A DNA stretch of 64,000 nucleotides from Planctomycetota bacterium (GCA_028280485.1 JANQLS010000037.1:1660-65659); one strand, 5' to 3'. Shown: positions 10,470 to 20,877, counted from the stretch's first letter. Notes: a model not told the origin generated them from the letters alone. Made by a program: numbers and translations.

Positions 10470-10814
10470 ATGAGTTTTAAAGAATGGAACGAAGTTGAGG
10501 ATATCGATCAATTCCTCTCTGAACCCGGAGATGCGATCATCTTCAAACACAGTACTCGTTGCGGAATTTCAACCGTCGCCCATGAAGAGATGGAAAAATT
10601 CTTGGGAGAGGGAATCGCGATTGACGTTTTTAAAATATTAGTTGTTGAGCAACGCCCCTTATCCAATCACATCGCTGAAACATTAGAAGTACGCCATCAA
10701 TCACCTCAAGCCATCTTAGTTCGTGACGGTAAGCCTGTATGGGAGACCACTCACTACAGCATCACCTCCACTGCCGTTAAAGAAGCGCTGTCGACTCAGG
10801 GAATAGGAAGTTAA
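10470..10814 (+). CDS. ytxJ: YtxJ/BrxC-type monothiol redoxin (bacillithiol system family)
   Basis: IFKHSTRCGIS and HQSPQ motifs; ATG 10470 after GGAG RBS (track start 10311 is too far upstream). Confidence 0.85.
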   Translation: MSFKEWNEVEDIDQFLSEPGDAIIFKHSTRCGISTVAHEEMEKFLGEGIAIDVFKILVVEQRPLSNHIAETLEVRHQSPQAILVRDGKPVWETTHYSITSTAVKEALSTQGIGS

Positions 10815-10815
10815 C

Positions 10816-11235
10816 GTGGTCGAAACGCATTCTATTGAAGTTGCCTCTAAAGGAAACAGCCACATCATCGATTTAACCGAACTTGTAGGTGAGTGTTTAG
10901 AGCGAGGCAAAATTAACAATGGTACGGTAACTGTCTTTGTGGTCGGTTCGACGGCATCGATCTCGACCACGGAGTACGAGCCGGGCTTGGTGAATCAAGA
11001 CCTGCGGGAAGGGGCCGAGCGATTCGCTCCCGAGCACGGCGATTATCTTCATGAGAAAACTTGGAACGATGATAACGGGCATTCTCATGTGCGAGCTACC
11101 TTCATCGGACCTTCGATAACAGTTCCCTTAGTCTCGGGAAGGCTGACACTTGGAACTTGGCAGCAGATCATTCTCTTAGATTTTGATACCCGTCCCCGGG
11201 ATCGACAAATCGTGGTTCAGGTTATCGGAGAGTGA
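10816..11235 (+). CDS. yjbQ: YjbQ/UPF0047 family protein
   Basis: GSTASI..E, YLHE..DDNGHSH, LGTWQQI..DFD.RPR.R. Confidence 0.9.
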   Translation: MVETHSIEVASKGNSHIIDLTELVGECLERGKINNGTVTVFVVGSTASISTTEYEPGLVNQDLREGAERFAPEHGDYLHEKTWNDDNGHSHVRATFIGPSITVPLVSGRLTLGTWQQIILLDFDTRPRDRQIVVQVIGE

Positions 11236-11379
11236 GCCTCTCACTATTTTTAGTTTGGTCCTGAGGGGATTTTAGCTTAATTTAGACAGATCTGATCCCA
11301 CCAGCGCGAAATCTTGATCCTTACTCCCATCAATCTTTTTCAAACCTATTCAAGAACCAGGATTCTCTCGGAGAACAAG

Positions 11380-12396
11380 ATGTCGCAAAGAATTTCTCTC
11401 CTTCTTTCATTCGCTTTCCTCTTTTGTCTGGGATTACCCCGTACATCTCTTTCTGATCAAGTCACCTTAGTCGATGGTCGGAAAATTAACGGGATCGACT
11501 TCAAGCCGAATAAAAAAACAGGCAAAGCGGGTTTTACCTTAGAGAACGGTAAACGAGTTCTCATTCCCATCAAGGCTATCAAAAAGCACGATAAGACCGA
11601 TGGTAAAGAAAAGGTGACTTACAAAGGTAAGACCATGACGCTCAAAGAGCGTATTAAGATCGCCAAAGTCGAAAAAGTTAAATTAGAGAAACAGCGAGTG
11701 AAACTCGTTGAAAAAATTGCTCAAGGTAAAAAAGACTCTAAGGACGCCAAGAAAGAATTCTTAACTTGGAACAAGCGCGATCAAGAGATCATCTTAGGAA
11801 AGACTCTTCTCAACAGTAAAAAAACGGATGCCCGGTTGTACGCCTCCCGAGAGCTCGTTGAATTTAAAAGTTCTTACACATCTAAATGCCTGATCGACGC
11901 TGCTCTTTCCGACAAAAAAAATGATGTTAGGAAATCGGCCTTTAGGTCGTTAAGAATTCTCAAACACGAGAAAACCCCTCAGTACATTTTACCTTACATC
12001 GTCCAAGGAAATGAAAAGCAACGGATTCGAGCTTCTGAAGCCGTACGCGAATTTCCTTCTACGGATGCGGTCGGTGCCGTTTTGGTGACTCTCACTAAAT
12101 CATGGTCGGGCTTTGGGCGAGGATTCATTTTCCAAGGAACTCAACGAGCCTTCATCGGGGACTACGAATTGGTTTCGGGTGGAACCGGATTCAGCATCGT
12201 TGAAGTTGCCGATCCCGTGGTCAGCCAAGTTCAAACTGGGGTGGTTTTAGATGTGAAGGTCACTCGAGTGGAGTCGAAAACCCACTTCTTAACGCTCAAT
12301 AAACTTACCGGTGAAAATTACGGTTCTAATTTTGAATTGTGGAAACGGTGGTGGATTGCGGCAAGGAAGAGTATTGGGGAGAAGACCGTAAAATAG
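11380..12396 (+). CDS. Exported HEAT-repeat protein
   Basis: ATG 11380 after GGAG; signal peptide; HEAT-like repeats; terminal LTGENYG...WKRWW motif. Confidence 0.75.
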   Translation: MSQRISLLLSFAFLFCLGLPRTSLSDQVTLVDGRKINGIDFKPNKKTGKAGFTLENGKRVLIPIKAIKKHDKTDGKEKVTYKGKTMTLKERIKIAKVEKVKLEKQRVKLVEKIAQGKKDSKDAKKEFLTWNKRDQEIILGKTLLNSKKTDARLYASRELVEFKSSYTSKCLIDAALSDKKNDVRKSAFRSLRILKHEKTPQYILPYIVQGNEKQRIRASEAVREFPSTDAVGAVLVTLTKSWSGFGRGFIFQGTQRAFIGDYELVSGGTGFSIVEVADPVVSQVQTGVVLDVKVTRVESKTHFLTLNKLTGENYGSNFELWKRWWIAARKSIGEKTVK

Positions 12397-12431
12397 TTCT
12401 TAGTCTCCCGCCGAATCATTAAAAATTATAT

Positions 12432-12494
12432 CTTAACTAGCCCGAAGCGCTAGCGAGGGGAAAGGCCCCTCGTTAGCGCTTCGGGCTAGTTAAG
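12432..12494. repeat. REP family A inverted doublet
   Basis: CTTAACTAGCCCGAAGCGCTAGCGAGGGG-AAAGG-CCCCTCGTTAGCGCTTCGGGCTAGTTAAG between convergent genes. Confidence 0.92.
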
Positions 12495-12515
12495 GGGCTT
12501 TTGTATCAAATGAAT

Positions 12516-15500
12516 TTATGCCTGCCGTTCCACTGGTCGATCCAAGACTTGAATATTAAGATTCTGGTCTCCGAGAGCTTCTTTCGCTAATTGAATTAAA
12601 TGAATGTGGTGAGTGAAAAAGATCACCTGAGTTTTTTGGGCGAGTTCTCGTAACACATTTAGGGTGGCTTGAGATCGTTGGTCATCAAAGTGAACGAGGA
12701 TATCGTCGACGACAAACGGAAAAGCTCCGTGTCGTTCGAGGAATAATTCAAGTGCGGCTAGTCGCAGGGCTAAGTACAACTGGTCGCGTGTTCCATCGCT
12801 TAAACCATCAACCGTCACTGCGGCGGCCCTCCCTTGTGAATCGACGCGCACCGCTGTTAAAAAGGGTTCATTGGTTTTTTCGTGATGGTCGACTTCGAGG
12901 GTTTGATAGTTCCCCGAAGTGAGCTCTTTAAAAATGGCCTGAGATCGACTCAGAAGCGGGCCCTGATGATTTTTTCGGTAGCGCTCCATTCCTTGACGAA
13001 GAAGCCAAGAAGAAAGCTTGTAATTAATGAATTCTTCAGCGTTATTTTTCAGATGAGTTAAGCCCGAGTGCCACTGGGCATTCAGGCTTTGGGCCTTACT
13101 TTGAGAAACGTTTTGTTCTAAAAGATCTTTTTCTTTTTGAAGCTTTCCTTTGCGTTCTAGAAGGGCTTCTTTTTCTTGGGTGACGTTTTCTAGGTTTTCT
13201 TCGCTAGTTGAAATTCTTTCATTCAGCGAATCGAGTTCTAACTCTTGTAATTCTTCAAGGAACACTTCAAGGGTTGTTCCTCCGGCATGGTCTAAGAGAT
13301 TTCCTTTGGTCGCTTCCCGTTGTTTCTCTAAATCTTGAAGTTGATCCGAAAGTAATTCCTGTTCCTCTAATTGAGTCACATTTTTACAACCGGCCTCTTT
13401 ACAGAGTTGATCTAATAAAGCTAACTGTTCTTTTTGAGCTAGCTTTTTCTCTCGGAGTTGTTCCTCACATATTTTTCTTTCATTTTGATGCTCCTCCCAG
13501 CGATCAGCTTGGTCGAGCAGGCTTTTTAGTTTCCCCAGATAGTCACTTGGAGTGTTGAATTCTTCACCCAGATGCTGAGCTAAATCTCGTGCCTCTTGTT
13601 CGTAGGTGTGGATCGTCGTTTCTAATTTCTCGACGAGGTTCTTGCGATCCGTCCAATCTTTAAACTGAGCTTGAAGTTCATCGAGATTATTTAAATAGGC
13701 GTCAAATTCATCAGGAGTGGGGGTGCTCGGGAGGTTCATTGGCTCAAGGAGTCGCTCCCACTCTTCCTGAAGGTTCTCAATTCTCTTAATGGTCTCCTGG
13801 AGACTCTCAGATTGGATTTGTTCGCGCCGGGATAACTCATCGATATTTTTATTTAAATCTTCTTGGAGTCTTAATTCTTTGTCAGCCAGATTTTCAATCG
13901 ACTCGAATTGAGCAAGGTAGGTGTTCCAAGATTGATTTTGAGGAGCTGGAGATACTTTTGTATCGTTGAGGCATTCTTTAAGTTCACCCTTTAATTGTCG
14001 TTCTTGAGTTATTAGGGTTTTTAATTGAACTTCAAAATCATTCAACTGGCTCTCAGATGATAGAATGGCTTCAACTTCATTTAAAAATCGGGTGGCTTCA
14101 GCGGGTGACTCAGGGCCTTTTTCTTTATTGCTCCATAAATTCTTCCAGCGGTTTTTCAAATTCTCCAGCTCGCCCCTTATGTTTTCACTTTGCTGACTGA
14201 GTTCCTCGATCTTAGCGAGGTTTTTTTGAATCTCTTTTTGATTGCGCTCAAGGTGAGTGATGCGTTCGGACTCTTCAATTAAAAGATCGCTTAAAGCGTC
14301 CGTTTGATCTAAATCACTTTTAAAGGCTTCCTCTAAATTAAGAGCGTCTTCGTGTCGAATTAAGTATTCCTTTTTGTCTTCCTCGCTATTCTTGATCTCT
14401 TGTAACTCTTTTCGAATGAGGAGCCAGCCTCGATCTCTGAGCGCTCTCGCATCATCGAGATCTTTCAGGTGGGGAAGATCTTTACCCTGACTGATTTCAT
14501 TCGTGAGCTTTTCGAGTTCTTCGTTCGAATGATGGAGTTCCCTTGTTTTTCCTTCATTCTGTTTGAGCCTTTGGTGGAGTTCATCTTCTTCAGCATTGAA
14601 GATTTCAATCTCATCGGCAGAAGGGAGTTGAAACTGATGAAGTTCGTCGAGAGAAGTAAAGGGAAGGAGAAGCGTTTTTAATGCCTTATTAATAGAATTT
14701 TCTAAGCTTTCGATTTGTATTTGGCATTCAGCTTTTTTTGTTTCTAAATCACCGGCTTGCAAAGCCTTTTTCAACACGGATTGGAGGGTGGGTAAAAAGG
14801 AATAATCGGATTGAGTTTTAAGAGTACCTTTTAGTGCTTTCAGATTTTGTTGTGTTTCTTTCAGGGCTGCTTCATGGTGCTCCCGAGCTTCGATCCCTTT
14901 GATATAATCTTTTTGTAGGCGTGAAATCGATTGTCGAGTGTGGAGGTCGATAAACAGGCTTTCAATTTGGCTCCAAGTTCGAGACTTATCGATACTCTTT
15001 AACTTTTTCGTAGTTAGTTCTTCAATTTGGGCTAAGGCTTGTTGCTCCACTTTAAGTTGAGCTTGGTTTTGGTGATAAATTTGTATTTGGGGCGCTAGCC
15101 TTTGAATCTCATCTTTTGCAATCTCCACTTTTCTTGGGATGGAGTAATTCTTCTCTTTGATTTTTAATTCTGTGATGCGAGTTTCGAAATCTTCAATCTT
15201 GATGTTGGTTTCTAAGAGCTTCTTTTGAAGCTCGATGCGTTCTTCTTTAAAGCCCGATCTCAGCCGTGGAGATTTTTTATGCTTTAAAAGTTCCTCCTGA
15301 AGATTGTTCCAAGCTCCAAAGTGTCGAAGCGCTTGTTTGTAACGCTTAAGCTTTTCAGACTCGTCGAGATGTTGGCGTTGCTGCTGGTTGATTTTTTCTA
15401 AGGCTTCTTGGGTCTCTTTGAGTTGAGTTTCAAGTTCAACCCATTCTTTGGGGGGAGTGGAGGCTTCCGCTACCTCTTTTCGAAGGTTTTTAAGTTGAGA

Positions 15501-16058
15501 TAATGCTTGGGGAATAACTTGCTTCTTGCCGTTTCGGACGAAAAGCTGATTCGCCTTTTCTTCGATTGTTTTTAAAGCCGATTGAAGCCCTGTCAGTCCG
15601 GATCCGGATGAGAATAAGAGTCTTCCTAATTCACCTTGAGAATCCATGATCTCTTTTCCCCCTTGGGAAAGTTGATCGTGATGAAGACCAAAGAACTGTC
15701 GAAAGAGATGGCTATCGATGCCCGAGAGAAGGCCAGTGATCGCAGCTTCGGGGACGGGCTCTTCGTTAGCATCGAGTAAGTTGTTCTTGTTCTTTTTGAG
15801 TCGAGTGAAATTTAAGGACTCGCCCTGCAGACTTTGGATTTTGGCGCCAATTTTGAGCTGAGTTTTATCAAAGACGAAGTCGAAGGGAGTTTGAACTTTA
15901 AAGCCGTACAAGAACTCGTGGATCGCTTCAAGGGTCGTCGACTTTCCCGCTTCATTGGGCCCGTAGATGAGGTTGAGAACCCCCGGCTCGGTTGAGAAAT
16001 GAATCTCTTTATCTTCAAAGTGCCCAAAGGGTTTGAGATGCAGTTGCTCGAATTTCAT
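12516..16058 (-). CDS. yhaN: YhaN/AAA_27 family Rad50/SbcC-like coiled-coil ATPase
   Basis: Walker A GPNEAGKST, long coiled coil, LSDGTRDQLYLALRLA, PFVVDDILVHFDDQR, QVIFFTHH; ATGA overlap with the nuclease gene. Confidence 0.9.
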   Translation of the reverse strand: MKFEQLHLKPFGHFEDKEIHFSTEPGVLNLIYGPNEAGKSTTLEAIHEFLYGFKVQTPFDFVFDKTQLKIGAKIQSLQGESLNFTRLKKNKNNLLDANEEPVPEAAITGLLSGIDSHLFRQFFGLHHDQLSQGGKEIMDSQGELGRLLFSSGSGLTGLQSALKTIEEKANQLFVRNGKKQVIPQALSQLKNLRKEVAEASTPPKEWVELETQLKETQEALEKINQQQRQHLDESEKLKRYKQALRHFGAWNNLQEELLKHKKSPRLRSGFKEERIELQKKLLETNIKIEDFETRITELKIKEKNYSIPRKVEIAKDEIQRLAPQIQIYHQNQAQLKVEQQALAQIEELTTKKLKSIDKSRTWSQIESLFIDLHTRQSISRLQKDYIKGIEAREHHEAALKETQQNLKALKGTLKTQSDYSFLPTLQSVLKKALQAGDLETKKAECQIQIESLENSINKALKTLLLPFTSLDELHQFQLPSADEIEIFNAEEDELHQRLKQNEGKTRELHHSNEELEKLTNEISQGKDLPHLKDLDDARALRDRGWLLIRKELQEIKNSEEDKKEYLIRHEDALNLEEAFKSDLDQTDALSDLLIEESERITHLERNQKEIQKNLAKIEELSQQSENIRGELENLKNRWKNLWSNKEKGPESPAEATRFLNEVEAILSSESQLNDFEVQLKTLITQERQLKGELKECLNDTKVSPAPQNQSWNTYLAQFESIENLADKELRLQEDLNKNIDELSRREQIQSESLQETIKRIENLQEEWERLLEPMNLPSTPTPDEFDAYLNNLDELQAQFKDWTDRKNLVEKLETTIHTYEQEARDLAQHLGEEFNTPSDYLGKLKSLLDQADRWEEHQNERKICEEQLREKKLAQKEQLALLDQLCKEAGCKNVTQLEEQELLSDQLQDLEKQREATKGNLLDHAGGTTLEVFLEELQELELDSLNERISTSEENLENVTQEKEALLERKGKLQKEKDLLEQNVSQSKAQSLNAQWHSGLTHLKNNAEEFINYKLSSWLLRQGMERYRKNHQGPLLSRSQAIFKELTSGNYQTLEVDHHEKTNEPFLTAVRVDSQGRAAAVTVDGLSDGTRDQLYLALRLAALELFLERHGAFPFVVDDILVHFDDQRSQATLNVLRELAQKTQVIFFTHHIHLIQLAKEALGDQNLNIQVLDRPVERQA

Positions 16059-17326
16059 GAGGCCTCTCCTGAAGAATTTGAAGCCTCTTTGAGTTCATGC
16101 AGAAGGTAGTCGTGAGCTCGATCCAAGTAGAGTTTTAGGTCTTCTTCACTTGGCCAATCTTGATGATCCGGAACTTTTTTGAGTTCGACGTCGATCTTTT
16201 TGAGTAGGGGAGAAAGTTCGGCTTTAATCGCCTCGAGTTCCTCGGGGGAGTTTAAAATTTCTTTTAACAGCAATTGGATTTGACCGGTGGGCGTTTCGGG
16301 ATCGGTAGAAAGCTCTTTTTTAGGGGGATGCGTATTGAGGCGAACTTTTTCGATCCAAATGGCTCCATCCGAGACTTCAGATGCGTTGATTCGAATGAAG
16401 TTTTCTAAGGTGCTTTGAAGAGCATTGAGCTTGGAATGAAAAGGAGTTTCACCGATGAGTTCAACTCGAAGAGCGTAGGGAATCGCTGGAGCATCTTTTA
16501 AATAAGACTGGCAGGCTTCGCTGAATCGATCGACGGCTTCTTCCAAAGAATTAACTTGATCGAGCTTAACTTGAAGAGTTTGCCAACGGATCTGATCGAG
16601 GTCGTGGTGTTCTATTTTAATGATCGATTGCTGATCCACTTCGATCAACGTACAGCCCTTGGGGCCCGACTCATGAATATGGCGGCCTTGAATGTTTCCC
16701 GGAAACACAACCCAAGGATCTTGGCAGAGTTCTTCTCGCTTGTGAATGTGACCTAAGGCCCAGTAGTCGTAACCCTTGCTTTTGAGGTCTTCGAGAGAGC
16801 ACGGTGCGTAATTGTCGTGGCCTTGATATCCACCTACGAGTGAAGTGTGAAGTAAGCCGATATTGAAGTAGCCCGATTGAGAATGAGGAAAATTTTCGGC
16901 CAAATTCTCTTGGACGGACTTGGTTGCGAATCCCTGGCCGTGGATCGCAACTTTAAGATCTTCGATGATTTCAGTTTCAGGCTTTCGAGTGGAAAACTGC
17001 TTCGTCAACTTAGGCAGAGGAAGATCTTTGGTCATGATGCTTTGCGCATCGTGGTTTCCTGAGATTTGAAAGACCCGAATCCCTTTTTGATTGAGCCTTT
17101 GAATTTGGGAGATGTAAAAAAATCCGGTTGAGAAATCTTTCCAGTCTCCGTCGTAAATATCTCCTGCGATAAGAACGAAGGCGACTTCTTCCTCAAGAGC
17201 TAAATCAACGAGCTCGGTAAAGGCTTGGCGAGTGGCCATCTGGATGTCCGGGGCGCCCTCGTATTGTTCGAGGCCTCGGAGGGGACTGTCGATGTGGAGA
17301 TCTGCGGTGTGGATAAACTTGAACAC
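16055..17326 (-). CDS. yhaO: YhaO/Mre11/SbcD-like metallophosphoesterase DNA repair nuclease
   Basis: HTADLH, AGDIYD, GNHD, LLHT, YWALGHIH, PGNIQGRH. Confidence 0.92.
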   Translation of the reverse strand: MFKFIHTADLHIDSPLRGLEQYEGAPDIQMATRQAFTELVDLALEEEVAFVLIAGDIYDGDWKDFSTGFFYISQIQRLNQKGIRVFQISGNHDAQSIMTKDLPLPKLTKQFSTRKPETEIIEDLKVAIHGQGFATKSVQENLAENFPHSQSGYFNIGLLHTSLVGGYQGHDNYAPCSLEDLKSKGYDYWALGHIHKREELCQDPWVVFPGNIQGRHIHESGPKGCTLIEVDQQSIIKIEHHDLDQIRWQTLQVKLDQVNSLEEAVDRFSEACQSYLKDAPAIPYALRVELIGETPFHSKLNALQSTLENFIRINASEVSDGAIWIEKVRLNTHPPKKELSTDPETPTGQIQLLLKEILNSPEELEAIKAELSPLLKKIDVELKKVPDHQDWPSEEDLKLYLDRAHDYLLHELKEASNSSGEAS

Positions 17327-17354
17327 GTTATTGCTGATTTCAATTCACCTCAAG

Positions 17355-18446
17355 CTACGAACAGGATTCATCTTCGATACACTGTAAGCCTAACTCAAGA
17401 GCGAGAAGCTGTAAGGCGATAGCTTTGTTGACGGGCACTTCTTTAAGTCCAAATTCTTTGAAAGTGGCTCCCACTGATTCTCCACGTTCGAGCTGAATTC
17501 TCAACTGTGGTAAACGACTTTTAAAATCAAGGTAGGTCGTGGGAAGACCTTCTTGGGGTGGGGCCACTAAATTTTCCAAAAGAAAGAGGGGGATTTCCGT
17601 CACTAAACACAGAGGTTGCCCGCCGAGTGATTGCACCCATTCCATGGAACTCTGTTTGAAAAGCTGAGCCGTCTGAGGATCATTTTGCTGTAGAAAATGT
17701 TCTCTCATCGCCGTCCCTCGGGGTGTGGTTGTAAATCCGGGTCCGATATACTCAAATCCCTTTTCGCCGTGCCGATTGTGATCGAAGAGACGATGGAGTT
17801 CTCTTTTCATGACGGCCCCGTATCGAGTTTGAAGGTCTTTAGTGCGATCGATCCAGCCTCTTTCGATGAGTAATAAACCTCCTTCTGAAATCAACATGCC
17901 ATGAAGGCTCATATGGAGATCGAGGGGGCCTCGGTCTTTTAAAAACTCTACCCATACCTCATTCTCAACTCTTAGATCGGGATAGCCGAACTCGACATCT
18001 CGGCCGGGGAGTTCGCGAAAGACTTCCTTTAAGCACTGCTCGGGATCGGCCCAGTTTTTAATCCACGATTCATTGATCGAGGCTCCATCGGGATTGATGT
18101 GAGGGAGAATATAAAATGTTCTGCCTTCTAACCAGGGTGGAGGTTCAGCATTCAATGCGACATCGGAGATGAGCTGAGTTAGAGTCATCGCGCCGATGGG
18201 TTCATCGGAATGGGCTCCTGAGACCAAGCTGATCTTTTTGGACCCCGTTCCTAGAACGGCTCCCCAGAGGGGTCGCCCTTCTTCACTTCGTCCGATGACC
18301 TCAAGGCTTCCTCTTTGCTTTTGAGACAAGGGCTTTCCGAGTTGGCTTAGCTCTTGACTGAGTTCGGCCTCGGTCTTCATTGCCTGAAGTGAGCTGTAGA
18401 GCTCGGGTGAAAAGAGGGTGATCTCCGGGAGTTGATGAGTCGTCAT
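17355..18446 (-). CDS. M14 family zinc carboxypeptidase
   Basis: GAHSDE (HxxE), PHINPDG, MSLH, late VTE. Confidence 0.8.
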   Translation of the reverse strand: MTTHQLPEITLFSPELYSSLQAMKTEAELSQELSQLGKPLSQKQRGSLEVIGRSEEGRPLWGAVLGTGSKKISLVSGAHSDEPIGAMTLTQLISDVALNAEPPPWLEGRTFYILPHINPDGASINESWIKNWADPEQCLKEVFRELPGRDVEFGYPDLRVENEVWVEFLKDRGPLDLHMSLHGMLISEGGLLLIERGWIDRTKDLQTRYGAVMKRELHRLFDHNRHGEKGFEYIGPGFTTTPRGTAMREHFLQQNDPQTAQLFKQSSMEWVQSLGGQPLCLVTEIPLFLLENLVAPPQEGLPTTYLDFKSRLPQLRIQLERGESVGATFKEFGLKEVPVNKAIALQLLALELGLQCIEDESCS

Positions 18447-18584
18447 GGTGAAATCTATAAATTTGATGATTTAAATGATATTTGTAGATCCTAGGGATTA
18501 TGATATCGCTTGTCGATGGACTTTTTGATACGAGCTCCTTAATACGAGCATCTTCATCAGAGTACTGAAATCCCATACCTAAAT

Positions 18585-19211
18585 ATGAATAATCCTTACG
18601 AAGCTCCAAAACACTCAGATTCTTCCTATAGCTCTGAAGAGTGGGAATCGGTAACGGATCGCCCGGCCATCTGGCCCAAGCACCTCGGTACGATTTGTTT
18701 GATCATGGGGATCTTGGCGACGGTCGGAGCATTGATTCAATTAGTGAGTACTTTTATTGTTCCGGTTATCTCAAGTGCTACCTCCAACGCTGGGGGAGAT
18801 GGAGGAGCGTTCTCCGTTATCGAGGGGCATCTGGTCTATTTCATCTTTCTCCACTTGCTGACCTTAATTTTGGGCATCGGTCTTTGTGTATGCGCCTACG
18901 GCTTCATGACCAAAAAAGCCTGGATCGGGTCGATCATTCACATTTGGGCTGCGGGGAAAGTTTTTTTAGCGATACTTACCACGGTTATCAATGTCCTCAT
19001 CGCTGAACAAAACGTTCAACTGATTATCGATACAAATCCATTTATAAGGGATCTCGAGGATCCACATTCGTTCATGCTGGCAGCGCAGTACGTCGGCTTG
19101 CTCTTCGGGGTCTTTTATACCTCGGCGTTGCCGATTTTCTTCTTCATCTTTATGAGAGATTCTAAAGTGAAGCAAGAAGTGAGGAGCTGGAGTGGGCTTA
19201 AACCCGCTTAA
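18585..19211 (+). CDS. Hypothetical 4-TM membrane protein with NPYxxP motif
   Basis: MNNPYEAP start; four hydrophobic helices. Confidence 0.75.
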   Translation: MNNPYEAPKHSDSSYSSEEWESVTDRPAIWPKHLGTICLIMGILATVGALIQLVSTFIVPVISSATSNAGGDGGAFSVIEGHLVYFIFLHLLTLILGIGLCVCAYGFMTKKAWIGSIIHIWAAGKVFLAILTTVINVLIAEQNVQLIIDTNPFIRDLEDPHSFMLAAQYVGLLFGVFYTSALPIFFFIFMRDSKVKQEVRSWSGLKPA

Positions 19212-19233
19212 ATAGATTCATCAATAGAACCTA

Positions 19234-19818
19234 TCAGCTGGATTCTTTCTGGGCAATCCGTTGAGACCAAAAATCAAAGTGCATTTGCACTCTTCGAGCT
19301 CGGTCGTGAGCTTTGAGGATTCCGTGAGGATTTTGCATCTCTTGTTGGTAGTGCCAAGATTCTTTAAGTTTTTGGGCTAAGGGATTACCGAGGCATTCTA
19401 AGAGAAAGATCGCTGTTGATATCTGTTGTGAAACCGCATCTTCAGGGCTGCAGTCCAGTAATGAGTGAAAAACTTCTTCGTATTGGTTGGGATGTAATAA
19501 CGCGATGGATACTGCTAAGGGGGCGAGGACTTCACTGCCGTTTAAAAAGCGAAACTGAAGATCATCGAGGTGATTGGAATTATTCTTAACTAATAAACAA
19601 ACGGCACCGACGAGGCTGAGTCTCCAGTCTTCAGCTCGAAGTACTTCTGAAGTGTATTCGGAATCGGCGAGGAGGCGTTCGGCTACTTTCGAGTAAACTT
19701 TTAAATCTTTTTCAGGTCCTGCCTTACTCCAAATCAAATCCTTTGGGTGTAAAAAATAGCCTTGGCCCGAAGAATCTTCACCTAACCAATCTAAGACTTC
19801 AGTTCGTGCGTGTTTCAA
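19234..19818 (-). CDS. Hypothetical helical protein
   Basis: 194-aa ORF with TTG start after GAGGAG RBS; no confident family. Confidence 0.6.
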   Translation of the reverse strand: MKHARTEVLDWLGEDSSGQGYFLHPKDLIWSKAGPEKDLKVYSKVAERLLADSEYTSEVLRAEDWRLSLVGAVCLLVKNNSNHLDDLQFRFLNGSEVLAPLAVSIALLHPNQYEEVFHSLLDCSPEDAVSQQISTAIFLLECLGNPLAQKLKESWHYQQEMQNPHGILKAHDRARRVQMHFDFWSQRIAQKESS

Positions 19819-19880
19819 TGGGTGTCGTCTCCTCGATTAAAATCCAGCCCAAATATCATCGGAACTTGATTTCATCTTAA

Positions 19881-20072
19881 TTAGTTTCTGTTGAAACTAG
19901 CTCCTATGGAGCACGTTTCAACCGTTCCAGCAAATCTCCGATTTGCTTTCACTCCGCTAAACATAGGGTCTTCGCCCCTACGCAGTAATAATGGAATAAA
20001 GACCTAGGGTCTTTATTCAAGGCCGAGTTGATCCCAACTCGGCTTAGTTCCTGTTTAATCAACAGGAACTAA
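19881..20072. mobile_element. MITE-like multi-hairpin element, family C copy 1
   Basis: Ends TTAGTTTCTGTTGA / TCAACAGGAACTAA, TTAA on both flanks, internal hairpins homologous to 22486-22645. Confidence 0.8.
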
Positions 20073-20618
20073 TTAACTCTCGTAAAACTCTTCTCGGTAG
20101 CGAGCCAGCCCCTCTTCAAGTTTTAGAGCAGGAACTTTCTTCCACAAAATTAGAAAAGCTTCCTCGATGGCTTCAGCAGGAATACCTTCGAATTCACAGC
20201 GAACGTTGTACTCGACTGCAGGAGTAAATCCAAATTTTTTGTAAAAGTTGGGGTGTCCTAAAACAATAATGAAGTCGTGTTCATTATTTTCAAGTTCCTT
20301 TAAGGTTTCTTCCATCAGAAGACTGCCGATGCCTTGGTTCTGATATTTAGGGAGTACACTGAGGGGAGCTAAACCCAAGCCGTTTAAACATTGTGTTTCT
20401 TCCCCAGAGCCTGAGGGAGAATGGATCTGGCTTGGAGTGTAGAGGATCTGTGCCACCACTTCTCCATTGAGTTCGGCGACCCAGGAAAGTTCTGTTGCTT
20501 GATTTACTCGAAGTTGGTTGACTAGTTGAGATTCAACGGACCCTTCAAAAGCGGATTCTAATATGGAGGAGATGGCTTCAGAATCACCGGGCTGCTCTCT
20601 CCGAATTACGATGGACAT
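20073..20618 (-). CDS. GNAT family N-acetyltransferase (YhbS-like)
   Basis: LAPLSVLPKYQNQGIGS, VLGHPNFYKKFGF. Confidence 0.9.
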   Translation of the reverse strand: MSIVIRREQPGDSEAISSILESAFEGSVESQLVNQLRVNQATELSWVAELNGEVVAQILYTPSQIHSPSGSGEETQCLNGLGLAPLSVLPKYQNQGIGSLLMEETLKELENNEHDFIIVLGHPNFYKKFGFTPAVEYNVRCEFEGIPAEAIEEAFLILWKKVPALKLEEGLARYREEFYES

Positions 20619-20877
20619 GTTGAGAATTCTTTCATAAAGGGAGTTTGAAGCAGTCTTTACGAGGCTAAGAATCTTGCCGGTAAACGGTTAGAACGAAACG
20701 CACATTGAGATTTAGATTTTGGATGACAGAATAAGGGGAGTGTCCCTTCTTTTTAAGCATTTTAGAAATATCTTCAAAATCCCCTAAAATTCTTCAAAAT
20801 GGGGTGACTTCAACCTCAGAACAAATTATTACCTACACTCGATTATCCCTAACCGAAATCCTCAACGAGAAACCCAG

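Noticed and set aside
12516-17326. Wadjet/Lamassu-type SMC defence system
   Set aside because: Motifs match the YhaO/YhaN pair; no kleisin, KITE or effector genes are adjacent
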